Below, in pieces: positions 45,950 to 57,667 of a stretch of 64,000 nt of DNA (the first letter of the stretch is position 1; each line of letters begins with the position of its first letter). The stretch lies in the NCBI GenBank assembly GCA_963695855.1, contig CAVOHZ010000002.1:61435-125434 (forward strand). The letters are read 5' to 3'. This DNA comes from an uncultured Nitrososphaerales archaeon (GTDB lineage: Archaea > Thermoproteota > Nitrososphaeria > Nitrososphaerales > Nitrososphaeraceae). The translations under genes were made by a program, and so were the position numbers. The notes under the pieces were generated by a model. That model saw nothing but the letters and a program-made list of their open reading frames with translations, had not been told where the DNA came from and did no database searches.

Positions 45950-46276
45950 ATGTCTGTGAAGTCTAATAGGTTTGCTATGAAAGATTGGCATTTAGAACAT
46001 GTTGAAAAGGTAATTGTTCGCTATGTTAGGGGATTATCACCTAATGCAACTTCATTTGAAAAACGTAATTTTAAAAAATATAGTACAATGTCTAATTGTG
46101 CAAAACAAATAGAATACGATAAAAAACATGGTGTTACTAAAGAAGAAGTGATGGCTGTAATGCAAAAAATTAGAACGGATGAATCATTCTCTGAACTACT
46201 CAAAAATCCAGATTCTGTTCAAAGATTAGACGAACTAGAGAAACAATTAGCTACCCCGAAAAAAGTTAGTTGGTAA
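45950..46276 (+). CDS. Conserved hypothetical protein
   Basis: Clean ORF with upstream TTTAAATA box and GGAG. Confidence 0.75.
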   Translation: MSVKSNRFAMKDWHLEHVEKVIVRYVRGLSPNATSFEKRNFKKYSTMSNCAKQIEYDKKHGVTKEEVMAVMQKIRTDESFSELLKNPDSVQRLDELEKQLATPKKVSW

Positions 46277-46334
46277 ATAATTTTAAAATTAAATTTAAAT
46301 TTTAGATATTCAGCATTTTCAAATATCTTAAAAC

Positions 46335-46390
46335 AGAAATTATGAAAAGATATTTAAATTGTAGAAATTATGAAAAGATATTTAAATTGT
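46335..46390 (+). repeat. 28-bp tandem duplication of a BRE/TATA-like promoter
   Basis: AGAAATTATGAAAAGATATTTAAATTGT x2, ending 19 bp before the ATG at 46410. Confidence 0.8.
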
Positions 46391-46409
46391 ATAAGAATTT
46401 ATAATAGAA

Positions 46410-47132
46410 ATGAATGGTGATATTAAAATTCTTAGTGTAGTAATTGCCAGTAGCATTATCATTCTGACATTATTAACTTTAAATCTAAATCAAGTAGATG
46501 GTAATAATAGTAATTCAATTGGATTTATGGATGTATTTGCACAAGACGATAAATTACCAGTTGTTAAGAATTCCAAAATACTCCAATTTTCTGGGCAAAA
46601 TTACGCAGACGTTGTAAATAGTAAGACTATAAATCTCAATAGTTTTACGGTTTCAACTTGGTTTAATACTAATCTGAATGCAACTGAAAAAGAAACATTC
46701 TTGATAAACAAAGGTGGAACTGGAAGTGATAAGAGCGGATCGAATCTCAATTATGGAATTTTCCTCACGAACAGAGAAAAAGTGAGAGGAGGATTTGAAA
46801 CCTCGCTAGGCGATGATTATCTTGTTACATCTCAATCTTCATATAATGACGGACAATGGCATAATACAATTCTTACTTTTGATGAAAAACCTCATATATT
46901 GAAATTATATATGGATGGAATAGAAGTTGCCAGTAATTCTACAAAGATTGGTGTGAAACCAGATTCTACCGGAAAGCAACCTATAAGACTGGGAGCAAAT
47001 TCTCTGTCTGAAAAAGGAAAGATAACTGGAAATTATACCGGTCAATTGGATGATATTCAGGTTTGGAATTTTGCTTTTACAAACGATGAAGTGTTAAATT
47101 TGTTCAAAAAAGAATCACAAATCCAAAGATAA
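46410..47132 (+). CDS. Secreted LamG/concanavalin-like domain protein
   Basis: FTVSTWF, NDGQWH, LYMDG, GQLDDIQVWN. Confidence 0.88.
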   Translation: MNGDIKILSVVIASSIIILTLLTLNLNQVDGNNSNSIGFMDVFAQDDKLPVVKNSKILQFSGQNYADVVNSKTINLNSFTVSTWFNTNLNATEKETFLINKGGTGSDKSGSNLNYGIFLTNREKVRGGFETSLGDDYLVTSQSSYNDGQWHNTILTFDEKPHILKLYMDGIEVASNSTKIGVKPDSTGKQPIRLGANSLSEKGKITGNYTGQLDDIQVWNFAFTNDEVLNLFKKESQIQR

Positions 47133-47222
47133 TGAATTAGTAATGAAAGTTATTTTCACTGACTAAAATATTTTTCATGTATTTTAAGAATTGAAAGTGC
47201 TGTACAATACAAAAATTCAAAG

Positions 47223-47849
47223 TCATTTGTCCTCTGGAAAAATATAGTTTAATAACATATCAAGAGCTTTATTCTTTATTTTATCTTTAAAATATTCCGT
47301 TCCTTTTTTGGGTTTCTCTAATGATTTTTCTTTTTCCACTTCTTCAACTGGTCTATGATCTAATGCACCATCAAATTGTATTCTATATTGTTGAAAATTT
47401 GATTTAACAATCGAATCAAAAACATCTTTCATCCAGACAGAACCTATAAAATAAACATAGGGTGGATTCACACGTTTCTTAAGAAACTCATCAAGACTAT
47501 TAAGACTCTGTGAAACATTCTTAGGTTCTGAATCTATCTTTATTATCTTTTCATCTATTCCTCTATTTATTAATTCATTTTTAAGTAATCCTGAATAAAG
47601 AGAATCTGCAATGACTAGGATAATAGTTTTATGGGCGTCAGGTTTAGAGCGTAGAATTACATAATACATCCTTTCACAAAGATTAATTCTTTCCAGCACG
47701 TGAGAGGGTAATTCCGATGATGAAGGACTTTGATGTATTGAATATAAAATAATAAGATTTCCATCTGTAAAACGAGTTTCTGACAATGATTTAATTACAT
47801 ATTTCAAATAAGTCTTTTTATACATTCCCAATTGATACAAAAGTAACAA
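47223..47849 (-). CDS. Hypothetical protein
   Basis: 208-aa ORF. Confidence 0.65.
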   Translation of the reverse strand: MLLLYQLGMYKKTYLKYVIKSLSETRFTDGNLIILYSIHQSPSSSELPSHVLERINLCERMYYVILRSKPDAHKTIILVIADSLYSGLLKNELINRGIDEKIIKIDSEPKNVSQSLNSLDEFLKKRVNPPYVYFIGSVWMKDVFDSIVKSNFQQYRIQFDGALDHRPVEEVEKEKSLEKPKKGTEYFKDKIKNKALDMLLNYIFPEDK

Positions 47850-47911
47850 TAAATCTCATTGAAACTTTTTTCAGTAATTATTAAATTATTTACGATCATA
47901 AAATATGTGAG

Positions 47912-48253
47912 ATGATGGATATATATACAGAAAATCGTCCTTGGGGTAAATTTGAAAAATTTCATGAAAACATTACAAGTACTGTTAAATTGATTTATGT
48001 AAATGCCAATTCAAGACTTAGTCTACAATATCATCAACATCGAAGAGAATTTTGGAAAATCATCAAGGGAAGTGCCGTGATCGAAATAGATGGAAAAGAG
48101 ATGAAATTAAAAGAAAATGAGACTATAAATATTCCTCTGGGGGCAAGGCACAGAATAAAGGCATTAGAAGACTGTATAATATTAGAAATTTCATATGGAA
48201 ATTTTGATGAAAATGACATTGTTAGAATAGAAGATGATTATAATAGAGTATAA
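47912..48253 (+). CDS. Cupin, mannose-6-phosphate isomerase type II C-terminal-like
   Basis: RPWGKF, LSLQYHQHRREFW, EDDYNR. Confidence 0.88.
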   Translation: MMDIYTENRPWGKFEKFHENITSTVKLIYVNANSRLSLQYHQHRREFWKIIKGSAVIEIDGKEMKLKENETINIPLGARHRIKALEDCIILEISYGNFDENDIVRIEDDYNRV

Positions 48254-48289
48254 TAAATAAATAGATAAATAAATAGATAAATAAAAAAA

Positions 48290-48706
48290 TTAACTAAATG
48301 GAAATTTTCCGCTTTTCTTAAAAACGCTCATAATTCTCTTCACAGTAGTCATTGTACTGAAACAAGATGATGAATTTTGATCGTAACTACAAGGTGGATA
48401 CTTGAAATATTTATCATCTGTGTAATGGTCAAATTTGAATATACCTTTTATTATTTCCATTAATAACGGAATTATCCCAGACCTAGCCCCCCATGCTCCT
48501 TTGGTATTTACTATCCAGAACATTATTGTTGGATCATAATCAATAGGAAAAATGATTCTCTTTAATGATTTCAATTCTTCGGAAGAATAATGTCCTTCTA
48601 TTTGTATCCAACCTTTGGAGAGTTTGTGCATTAAAATTGCAAATTTATAACATTGAAAACATCTATCATCATATATAAGCAAAGGACGAATTATCTTAGA
48701 GAACAT
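48290..48706 (-). CDS. DCC1/DUF393-like thiol-disulfide protein
   Basis: LIYDDRCFQC (DxxCxxC). Confidence 0.65.
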   Translation of the reverse strand: MFSKIIRPLLIYDDRCFQCYKFAILMHKLSKGWIQIEGHYSSEELKSLKRIIFPIDYDPTIMFWIVNTKGAWGARSGIIPLLMEIIKGIFKFDHYTDDKYFKYPPCSYDQNSSSCFSTMTTVKRIMSVFKKSGKFPFS

Positions 48707-48793
48707 ATTAATTATATAGAAACTTAGTTATTTAAAATTATATTGATAAAAGTACGGACAGAATAAATATTTAGTTTTACTTTAAAATAAGGT

Positions 48794-49081
48794 ATGGGAA
48801 AAAGGAAGGGCAAAATTGAACAAATTTTTAGCAAAGCAATCTATTCAGATAATCCAGATTTATATATAATTTTATATCGAGATTTCAATACGATCATTTC
48901 TGTTACTTTGCCAAGATTTATGGAAATATCAGAAAATTTACAATTAATACCAATAACTAGAATAGTACAAATAAGAAAAGGGAATGAAATACTATATCAG
49001 AAATTCAATTATCTTAAAGAATTCTTGGGCTCGAAAGACGAACATAATTTCAATTCAATGAAAGCAAATGATAATTATTAA
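48794..49081 (+). CDS. DUF504/MJ1316-like protein
   Basis: ILYRD...IPITRIVQIRKGNEILY. Confidence 0.65.
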   Translation: MGKRKGKIEQIFSKAIYSDNPDLYIILYRDFNTIISVTLPRFMEISENLQLIPITRIVQIRKGNEILYQKFNYLKEFLGSKDEHNFNSMKANDNY

Positions 49082-49104
49082 ATTATCTTATACTTACAAT
49101 TCTT

Positions 49105-49674
49105 TTGTTGATTGATAGAATTAATAAGAAAATCATATATTCAGTTATTGGAGTTATAGTCGTAATAGGAATATCTATATTCTTCTTGCAACAATTTGAA
49201 TTCCCAAGTATTCCAAAGTTGGATTTTAAACCTGAATTTAATCAAGGAGCTCTTAGTGAGGCGAGGCAATTAGAAATCTCCTTAAATAATCTTTCTTTTA
49301 CGCGTATTAATAACAATGAAATCAATATTAAAACAGCATTCAACGTTTATAATCCAAATATGGGAACATTGCTTCTTGAAAATATAAATTATAATATTTT
49401 ACTAGACAACATACGAATTTCTTCTGGAGATATTGGTCAGAAGCCAGAAGGTTTCGTAGCTTCTCAGGAAAATATTTATCCAATCATAGGAAATAGTACT
49501 GTTATTCTGAAGGATGACGAAACAATACCAAAAGATAATAGAATTGCTGAAGTATGGAATAAAATTATGGATGAAAAGTCTAAATTTCAAATTCATGGTA
49601 ATTTTGCATATAAACAAACCTCAACTTTTCAAGCAACTGCTGGTGAAATAGATTTTCAATTGAGTTACCCATAG
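49105..49674 (+). CDS. LEA_2/WHy-like membrane-anchored protein
   Basis: TM segment plus FNVYNPN motif. Confidence 0.7.
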   Translation: MLIDRINKKIIYSVIGVIVVIGISIFFLQQFEFPSIPKLDFKPEFNQGALSEARQLEISLNNLSFTRINNNEINIKTAFNVYNPNMGTLLLENINYNILLDNIRISSGDIGQKPEGFVASQENIYPIIGNSTVILKDDETIPKDNRIAEVWNKIMDEKSKFQIHGNFAYKQTSTFQATAGEIDFQLSYP

Positions 49675-49740
49675 ATATTCTATAAACTTTATTTTTGATG
49701 GTAAGGTTTAATATCCTTTAATATTTTTTTATAGTGACAA

Positions 49741-49858
49741 GCGGTCATCGTCTAGTTTGGTTAGGACACTGGCCTTCCATGCAACAAATCATGCGAAGCA
49801 AGCCCGCAACCCGGGACCTTATTAAAGTAAGGCGGGAATTCAAATCCCGGTGACCGCA
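49741..49858 (+). tRNA. tRNA-Gly(TCC) with two introns (37/38 at 49780-49800; 53/54 at 49816-49838)
   Basis: Acceptor stem GCGGTCA/TGACCGC, anticodon TCC 49776-49778, T-arm CCGGG-TTCAAAT-CCCGG; both inserts form bulge-helix-bulge motifs. Confidence 0.92.
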
Positions 49859-49951
49859 TTCTACATGGGATGGGAATTCATATACTCGTCGTTGTTATAC
49901 TACAGTTGTTGTAAACAACGAAGAGAAGGAGGGAAAGAGGTAGAGAAAAAA

Positions 49952-51365
49952 ATGTCAGTGTCATCATTATCATCTTCATTATCATATTGTTCAGTCAAGC
50001 TTTCTACCATAGTGGATAACAAGATTGGTCTTGTGCCCAACAAAGAAAACTCCTCTATAATATACGATTTCTATAAATATATGCAAGAGAAAGGTTCATC
50101 CGATAACCATCAGGTAAATAACGAAAGTAGTTATTGATTTTGCTAATTTTCTTGGACCCGATATTACTTTTTATGAATTAAACAAAAGAGAACAAATACT
50201 ATCTTTTCTAAATACAAAGATAAAAAGCTATGATATTGACCCTGATAAAAGATGGATTACTACATGGAACCATTTTCTGAATAGAATTAAATTGTTTTTG
50301 AGATTGCTATACAACTATCATTATCAAATAATAAAGCAAGATAATACTGAGAATAAATATTATAACGATGATTATAGTGATTGGATTACACCGGAATTTT
50401 GTAAAATCAAGCAAAAACAAACAAAGCGAATAAGTCCTTATCTAGAAAGCGAAATTTGGGATAAAGATGAGATTTTAACTTTAATAAAATATGAACCTTG
50501 TAAGAGAAATAAGGCAGTATTAGCTTTGATGTGGGACCTCGATGCTAGACCACATGAGCTGACCTTACTAAGGATAAAACATATCAGATTGAAAGAAAAA
50601 TACGGAGAAGGCGAAATTTCTCATGAATCGAAAACAGGTACTGGTCCTATACTGCTTACTATGTGATTTCCATACGTAAGGGATTGGCTAAACGAACATC
50701 CATTTTCAAACGAACCAAATGCTAGGGTGATATGCAATCTATACAATGGTGGTACACTAAAACCCAAAGCGATATGAAATATGATGAATCAATTAGAAAA
50801 GCGGATAAAAAGGATTTTGCAAACAGGTGAAATAAAAGATAAAATTGAAAGAGAAAAAATAGAGTATCTTCTTAAGACAAAGAAATGGAATCCCTACTTT
50901 ATAAGACATAGTTCAATAACTGCAGATTCTGACTATCTTCCTGAATATGCTCTAAAAAAGAAGGTTAGATGGTCGATGAATTCAAAACAAGGAGCCAGAT
51001 ATATAAAAAGAAGAATGGGAGAAGAATTAAAGAGACAAATCCTTCAAAGAAATGGAATCCTACAGGAAGAAGGGATAAAGAAAAAACCTTCTATTTTAAA
51101 CTGTCCAAGATGTGAATTAGTTAATGCATTAGAAAATCAATATTGTTCTAAATGTAGTTATCCCCTAAAGCCAGAAGCATAAGATGAGATTAAAAACATT
51201 GAAGAAAAGAGAATACAGATACTTGAACAAAAATATGAAAAAGATATGAAAACATTAAGAGAAGATATGAATTATCAGATTAGTAAAATGATGTTAATGA
51301 TTCAACAAAATCCTAAATTATCCTATGTAAAACCAGAAATTTTGGAAAAAATAAGCAAACAATAA
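49952..51365 (+). pseudogene. Tyrosine recombinase/integrase, disrupted
   Basis: DARPHEL, SKTG, NPYFIRHS, CPRC..CSKC; frameshift near 50120 and several in-frame stops. Confidence 0.88.
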
Positions 51366-53211
51366 ATTACTGATAAACATATTTTATTTGCTTCTGCTGA
51401 TAATATAGTTAATTAGCCGATTAGAAGTCTATTATTTTTACATTCAGTGTACAAATCTTGTACCGAAACTTGTTCCTCTTTCAAATATTTTATTTTAACA
51501 TCAGTACTACATTTTATTTTGATACTCTCAAAAAAGATGAATAAATTCTTTATTATACTCTTGTGCATCGTTGAAAAAATGAGCAAAAAAATGAGTAACC
51601 TCACCAGAATATCTCTTCATAATCCAATAGTTTATTTTATCAAAGCGTCATTATTACTGTAGAGATTAGAGCTAGTATATCGTTCATCAAACATAATTTC
51701 GGTTTGAAGTTCTTTTGCTATGGTTATTAATACTTCAACTTCATAATATCCTAAATTTTTATTTTTAATCACATTTTTAAGGATTTCTCTAAATTTTTTA
51801 TTTTTGTGATGTGTCTATGGTTGCAGATCCAAAATATTGTGGTAATTGTGGAGAGTTTTCCATGACTAGTTATAATGCCAAGAACTGAAATGAAATCATT
51901 AATATTTTTATCATACTTGAGTTGTAGGAAATTAAGTTAGATAATATTTAGAAGACTTCAAATTAATCTACCAAATTTTTTTGATTTATTAACGTCCATC
52001 TCTATCAATAACAACACTATTAGGATTATTATATAGTCTACTTAGTACCTCCCCCATGTTATTATTAGAATTACTTTGCAAAGGGTTATTAGGGTTCTTG
52101 AAAAGATTGTCGAGTATATCTACAATATTATTATCCGCACCTATTCCAAAATTCAAATCATTATTCAATAAATTATTAGTTTGTGAGCCTTGTGAATCTC
52201 CGCCACAATCTAACATCGATAACATTTGGTTCAAAGTATAACCGCCCATGAAATCTCCTGTAATAAAACTTAGAATTGTACCTCCTCCAACCAAAAAACA
52301 TCCAAGTACTCTTATTCTTTCCGGTGAAAGTTGATATCCATCCGCAGTCGTAAGAGTATCACAAGGTTCTGAAATATATGGGTCAACTAATGGATGATTA
52401 CAAACTTCATCTCTTATATTTATTGAACCTGCTACGTAAACATCGATAATTTTATCATTTAAATCTAAATCAAGAGAAGATGAAGGATGAGCTTTTTCAC
52501 ATTAGTGTCCAGAGTTAGTATCTGTAAATATACAGACAGCAAATGAATGACTCAAAGGGAATGGTCCCCAACTATACGGAGTCTGTAAACCAAGAAGGTC
52601 TTGAGAAAAACAATCTTCATATGAATTATAATTCATATTTAAATCAAATTCATCAAAAGTACAAATGTGAATTTTACCCAGTCCGTTATGATGGACATGA
52701 AAAGTAACAGATTGTTCTTGAATTCCAAATACATCTTTTAACTGAATAACTAAAATTGTTAATACTAAAATTATGGCTAACCAATTAAAATTATTATCAG
52801 CCATAATAATTATTGGAAACTAAATCTACTTTATTTCTATTATTATATGTCATTTTTCTCATTAAATAACCTAATCCAAACATAATATTTGTTTGATTTT
52901 TGAATGTTTGGACAATGTTATTTTTATCCCGATTCAAACTTTTCGCTTCCCTAAATATTCTCATTTGTTCCCGTCTTGCTACTTCTCCTCTGGTTTGAGG
53001 TGATTGTGGTTCTTTTAATAATTGTTTAATGAACGATTTAATCATAAGATCATATAATCATTATTAAGTAATAAAATAGAATGAAACTAAAACTTAAATT
53101 CAATTTCAATGTAGTACAAATGATGCTATTTTTTATGATAACATACTTGTTGTTAATTAATGCTACAAAAGAGGATCACCATAATGAGGAGGAGGTTAAT
53201 TTCTAAAAATC

Positions 53212-53844
53212 ATGACAGTAACTAAAGGCAAGAAGAAAAAAGAAAAGGTCATAACTTTGAGAATGAATAATGATTCATTCGATATAATCGAGGAATATGC
53301 TGGAGCTCATGGTCTAAGTGTAAATGCTTATATTAATTCAATTATAGAGACTTATGTAGAATGGCTTATTCCTCTTAGTACTATTGAACGGGTAACAGTA
53401 CCTAAAAAGATGTTAGCTTCTTTATTTGATTCAGCTAATGAAAATGCATTGGAACAAATGGCACAATATTGGGCTACTGAAGCAAACAATGCTATATTAT
53501 TATTTGGGAATAATCTTTCTTTAACCTCAGCAATAGATTTTGTAAGAAGAGCATCAAAATATTTTATTCATTCTGATGCGAAAGTAATTATAATTAAGAA
53601 TAAAGATATTGTAAAGCTCTCTGAGGATATTAATGTTGAATCAAAATATAAAATGATAGATGATGATGATAATAACATTGCTGATAGTGATATTTTAATT
53701 GTAATCAGACATGATTTAGGGAAGAATTTTTCGATTTTTTGGAGCAAACAAATGTCTACTTTCTTTAATGCAATACAATCAAGGAAGGTGTCTGTCAGTC
53801 ATGATACAACTACTGTATGGATGAAGATAGAGAAACTACGATGA
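53212..53844 (+). CDS. Ribbon-helix-helix-type hypothetical regulator
   Basis: VITLRMN...GLSVNAYINSII N-terminus; IRHDLGKNFS. Confidence 0.7.
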   Translation: MTVTKGKKKKEKVITLRMNNDSFDIIEEYAGAHGLSVNAYINSIIETYVEWLIPLSTIERVTVPKKMLASLFDSANENALEQMAQYWATEANNAILLFGNNLSLTSAIDFVRRASKYFIHSDAKVIIIKNKDIVKLSEDINVESKYKMIDDDDNNIADSDILIVIRHDLGKNFSIFWSKQMSTFFNAIQSRKVSVSHDTTTVWMKIEKLR

Positions 53845-54110
53845 TCGTTTAATATTGAATTAGAAATAATTTCTCTAATAGCTTGAATTGTTTTTTCCTG
53901 AAAATCATTAACTATTTGTGTATAACGTGGAATCTCTCTTCTGGCTTCATCTATTGTTTTTTTGATATTATCTTTAGTTTCATATATTACTTTATTAATT
54001 GTTTGTTGTTGTTCTCTTTGAAATTGTTCTATCGTTGGTGAGCGTATTTCAGTTGAATCATCATTATCATCTTTTCTATCTTGTTTTTTAGTTGACATAT
54101 CGTATTTCAC
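53799..54110 (-). pseudogene. Truncated lineage-specific coiled-coil protein
   Basis: QQQTINKVIYETKDNIKKTIDEARREIPRYTQ; 3' end runs into the opposing gene. Confidence 0.45.
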
Positions 54111-54713
54111 ATTTTATACGTACTTCACGTTTGATAGCATAAGTTGATATAAACAATAGTATTGATAAAAAATTAATATACATAAAAATGGTCAATCTTT
54201 ATAACTTTACTTACTATAAACACAAAAATATTTTATGAAAGACTCAAAAGCAGATAAGCACTTGATACCTCTTTAAAGTAAATACTAAAATTGAAAGTAT
54301 AAAATAGTAATTGATGTTGATTTCAATTAAGCTATGAATGATCTGGGCTATCTCTTTTAGTGTTTTTCCTTGTCTTGTCTATGAAGTTCAATAACCTTTT
54401 TCGCTTTATCAAATTTATTGAAAGGTAATCGAGACAATTCTAATTTAAGCTGTTAAAAAGAAGTACTTAAATGGTATAATAAGTCCAACAATTATCCTTT
54501 TTACCCTTTGTTACGTGCTGATACCTACTATTTTTTTCTAAATTCCATAAATTGGAATTATATCATCAACTATATCAATAAAATTTTTTAGAATGTAAAT
54601 CAATCCTAAGTCATCAATCAATCTGATTTCCATTTAGTAATTATCCTATTTTTGTTTTTTATGTTAAAACGTTAGATTAGATATATAATATCTTTAAATA
54701 AATATTCTAGCTG

Positions 54714-55853
54714 CTATTGCTTTATCTTAACTAATAATTGACCTATATTCTCGTTTATATTTATTGAGGTACCGAACTCCTCTTCTGAAGTCATGGCAAT
54801 CTTGGATATTATCTCATTATCCCATCTTTCTTCTAGATATGGTATACCTTCATTATCAATTCTAATAGGATATATTGTTACACTCATTATGTTGCTTTCT
54901 GTATCGATATCTAGCTCTGGTACAATAGTTGTATGTGCCTCAAAAGGCATATTATAGTCGGGTCTGAAAATAAAATTACCTAGACTAAAGAAAGCTAATT
55001 TTTCTTTTCCTTCGTCTGTGGCTGTTGTTGTTTTTAGTATTGCCTGTGGTATATGTGGAGAATGTCCTATTACTATATCTATACCAGAATCAAAAAGATA
55101 TTGAATAACGTCAATTTGTTCTTTATTCACATCAGGAGACCAAATTCCCAAATGGATTGATGCTATGATAAGGTCAGCTTGATTTTGCATTCTTATTTTA
55201 CTATAGTCATGATTACAATTATCGATGCTTGCTCCAGCTGCACGATTAGTTTGTGCTGAAACTAAATTTTCTAATATAAAATTATATGATACAAAGACTA
55301 TTCTCAAACCTTCCTTGGACTGAATAACTAATGGCTCACATGCTTCTTTCAAATTTTGTCCTGCTCATACTGACAAAATATCTTTTTCCATCAAGACCCT
55401 TTTTGTTTCTTGAATGCCTTTTGGACCACACTCAAAAATATGGTTATTAGCCAAATTTGCTATAGTTATCGGGGCTAATTTAAGATAATCCGCAAATGTA
55501 GAATCAGCTACAAAAGTTGACTGTTCAGAAGGAAAGCCTTCGCATTCTTCTAGAGACAGACTGTTATCTAAAATGGAAGAATCTGCTACTAAAATTCCTT
55601 CTAAATTGAAGATGAATATATCAGTATTCTTAGGTATGATACTATCTAGATTTGTTAAGTCTTCATGATTTGTATTGTATCCTATAGAGTCACCTACTGC
55701 CATTAGAGAAACTCTCTGTTCATCAGAAGAAGAGGAAAAAGAAGAACTAAATGCAATGTTATTGTTATTATTATTTATGAACTGAGATGAATAGTAGAAG
55801 AGAAGTAAGATGAAAAAAATTGCTATTCCATTATTAAAAACAATAACCTTCAT
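54714..55853 (-). pseudogene. CapA/PgsA-like metallophosphatase split by one in-frame TGA
   Basis: AVGD, NLEG, LANNH | IH.G, IGHSPH, SLGNF; reads DILSV*AGQNL with the stop at 55365-55367. Confidence 0.85.
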
Positions 55854-56224
55854 TTTTTAATTGACAATATTACTTATGATATCATTAAGTGTTTATAGAT
55901 AACAAACTAGTACTTTTTATTCTAACATTATTCAGTTTTGATATTATCAATAAAAAAAACGCTATCGAATTCTACAATAATCATTCATTCACTAAATAAA
56001 ACAGATAGTATATGTTACTGAATGATTCTACGAACTCTAGATATAATTAAAATCTTTAGTAATAAAGATGCTCGAGTCCCCCACAATAATAGCAACAATA
56101 AATCAATAATTTCATTTACTGAATTACTCCTGCAAGAAGGGATAATAAATAATATAGAAAGAAGTAATTCCTTAAAATTATCTTTAGAAATTCAAAACGA
56201 CTCAAGCAGCTTTCGGATGATGTA

Positions 56225-56717
56225 TTGGATATTGCAAAAATTGAAAGTTGCTCTTTCTCTTTAAATAAAGAAAAATTCAATCTGAAAGAACTGATAACAG
56301 ATATCTTGAAAGAATATGAACAAACTATACAACATAAAAAAAAGAACTTGGAATTGATTTATGAATCATCTGGAATCAATCAAATAATTATTGAGGCTGA
56401 TAGAAATAGGCTTTGTCAAGCCATTCAGAACCTGTTAAAGTATGCTATCCAGTTTACAAATGAAGGTAGTATTACTGTTATTGTTCAACGAAAAGAGAAT
56501 GAAATTCTAGTTAGCATAAAAGATACAGGAACTGGAATACATCCAGAAGTATTGTCAAAACTTTTTACAAATTGCAACTAAAACAATGACAGGTGGTACT
56601 GGTTTAGGATTATTTATTTCCAAGTGTATAATTGAAATGCATGGTGGAACGATTTGGGCTACCAATGATAAAGAAGGTGTAGGCTCAACATTTACTTTTA
56701 ACCTAGCCATAAAATAA
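56225..56717 (+). pseudogene. Histidine kinase HATPase_c fragment
   Basis: DIAKIE, DRNRL, KDTGTGI; after a frameshift, GTGLGLFISKCIIEMHGG. Confidence 0.85.
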
Positions 56718-57020
56718 TAACCATTAGTAGTAGCAATCTTTAATTAATTTACTAATCAATATGAAATGAATTTCATTAAAATTAAAATACTAAATGTGAT
56801 TGTATCGAAATTTCTAAATCATTCCACAGAACCCGAATGAAATTTTCGCTTTTTAAAATTCTAATATTGTATTATAATTTCATATTTTGATTCAACTTAA
56901 TTAAATTTCTAATAATAAAAGCTAAATATCTCTTGGAATATAATATAAGGATATGACAGAATCAGTAGTCTGTCCAACCGAGCGTGCAAATCCATCTAAA
57001 CATAGGTTTTTCCTAGTATC

Positions 57021-57554
57021 TTGCTTTATTTATTTCTAAATTTAAAAACAATTTTTTATTATTATGATGGTTATTCCTTTATTATGACTACAGCCCCACT
57101 ATTTGCAGCAACAGGAGGAGGAGGAGGAGTAGAATTTATCTATATTCTCACTATATATTATACAGGTGCTTTAATTGTCTCTACTATTTTACTGATAATT
57201 ACTATTAAAAAGAATAGGTTTGAAGGTGAATATCAATTATATTCTAGAATTCTAGATGCTAGAACTACACTTCAAAATACTGAAGTATTCACTAATATGG
57301 CTAAGGAGAGCTCACTTTATGCTGAGAGATTTAAGTTAGTTGAGCCCAAAGAATACTATACTATAATATCCTTAATAGATACTATTGAATTTATTTATCG
57401 AATTAACAAAAAGAAAATGATTGATAAAGAACTTTGGAAGAGATGGGAAAATCATGCAAGAGGGATGATGACTATTCCAAAATTTAAAAAAGTTTGGTCA
57501 GTAACAAAGGAGTTTCACACTCATGATTTTGTTATCTTTATGGATACATTATAA
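57021..57554 (+). CDS. Single-TM hypothetical protein
   Basis: TM helix plus helical domain ending IDKELWKRW...FKKVW. Confidence 0.7.
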   Translation: MLYLFLNLKTIFYYYDGYSFIMTTAPLFAATGGGGGVEFIYILTIYYTGALIVSTILLIITIKKNRFEGEYQLYSRILDARTTLQNTEVFTNMAKESSLYAERFKLVEPKEYYTIISLIDTIEFIYRINKKKMIDKELWKRWENHARGMMTIPKFKKVWSVTKEFHTHDFVIFMDTL

Positions 57555-57667
57555 CCTTGAAAAATGAGCTATGAGAAAAATTTAAGGATAAAAATAATTC
57601 ATCTACAACAACAAATTCATTGTATGTGGTGACAGATAATTAAATAGGAAAGATAAGAGAAACGAAA

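Noticed and set aside
49850-50137. 95-aa ORF as an independent gene
   Set aside because: Starts inside the tRNA; its 3' part is the frameshifted N-terminus of the integrase
51413-53045. Several short ORFs after the integrase
   Set aside because: Fragmentary with no recognisable family; 51989-52804 may be one broken secreted-protein gene, but this cannot be supported firmly
55365-55367. TGA as selenocysteine
   Set aside because: Position corresponds to Gly rather than Cys, and no SECIS was recognised
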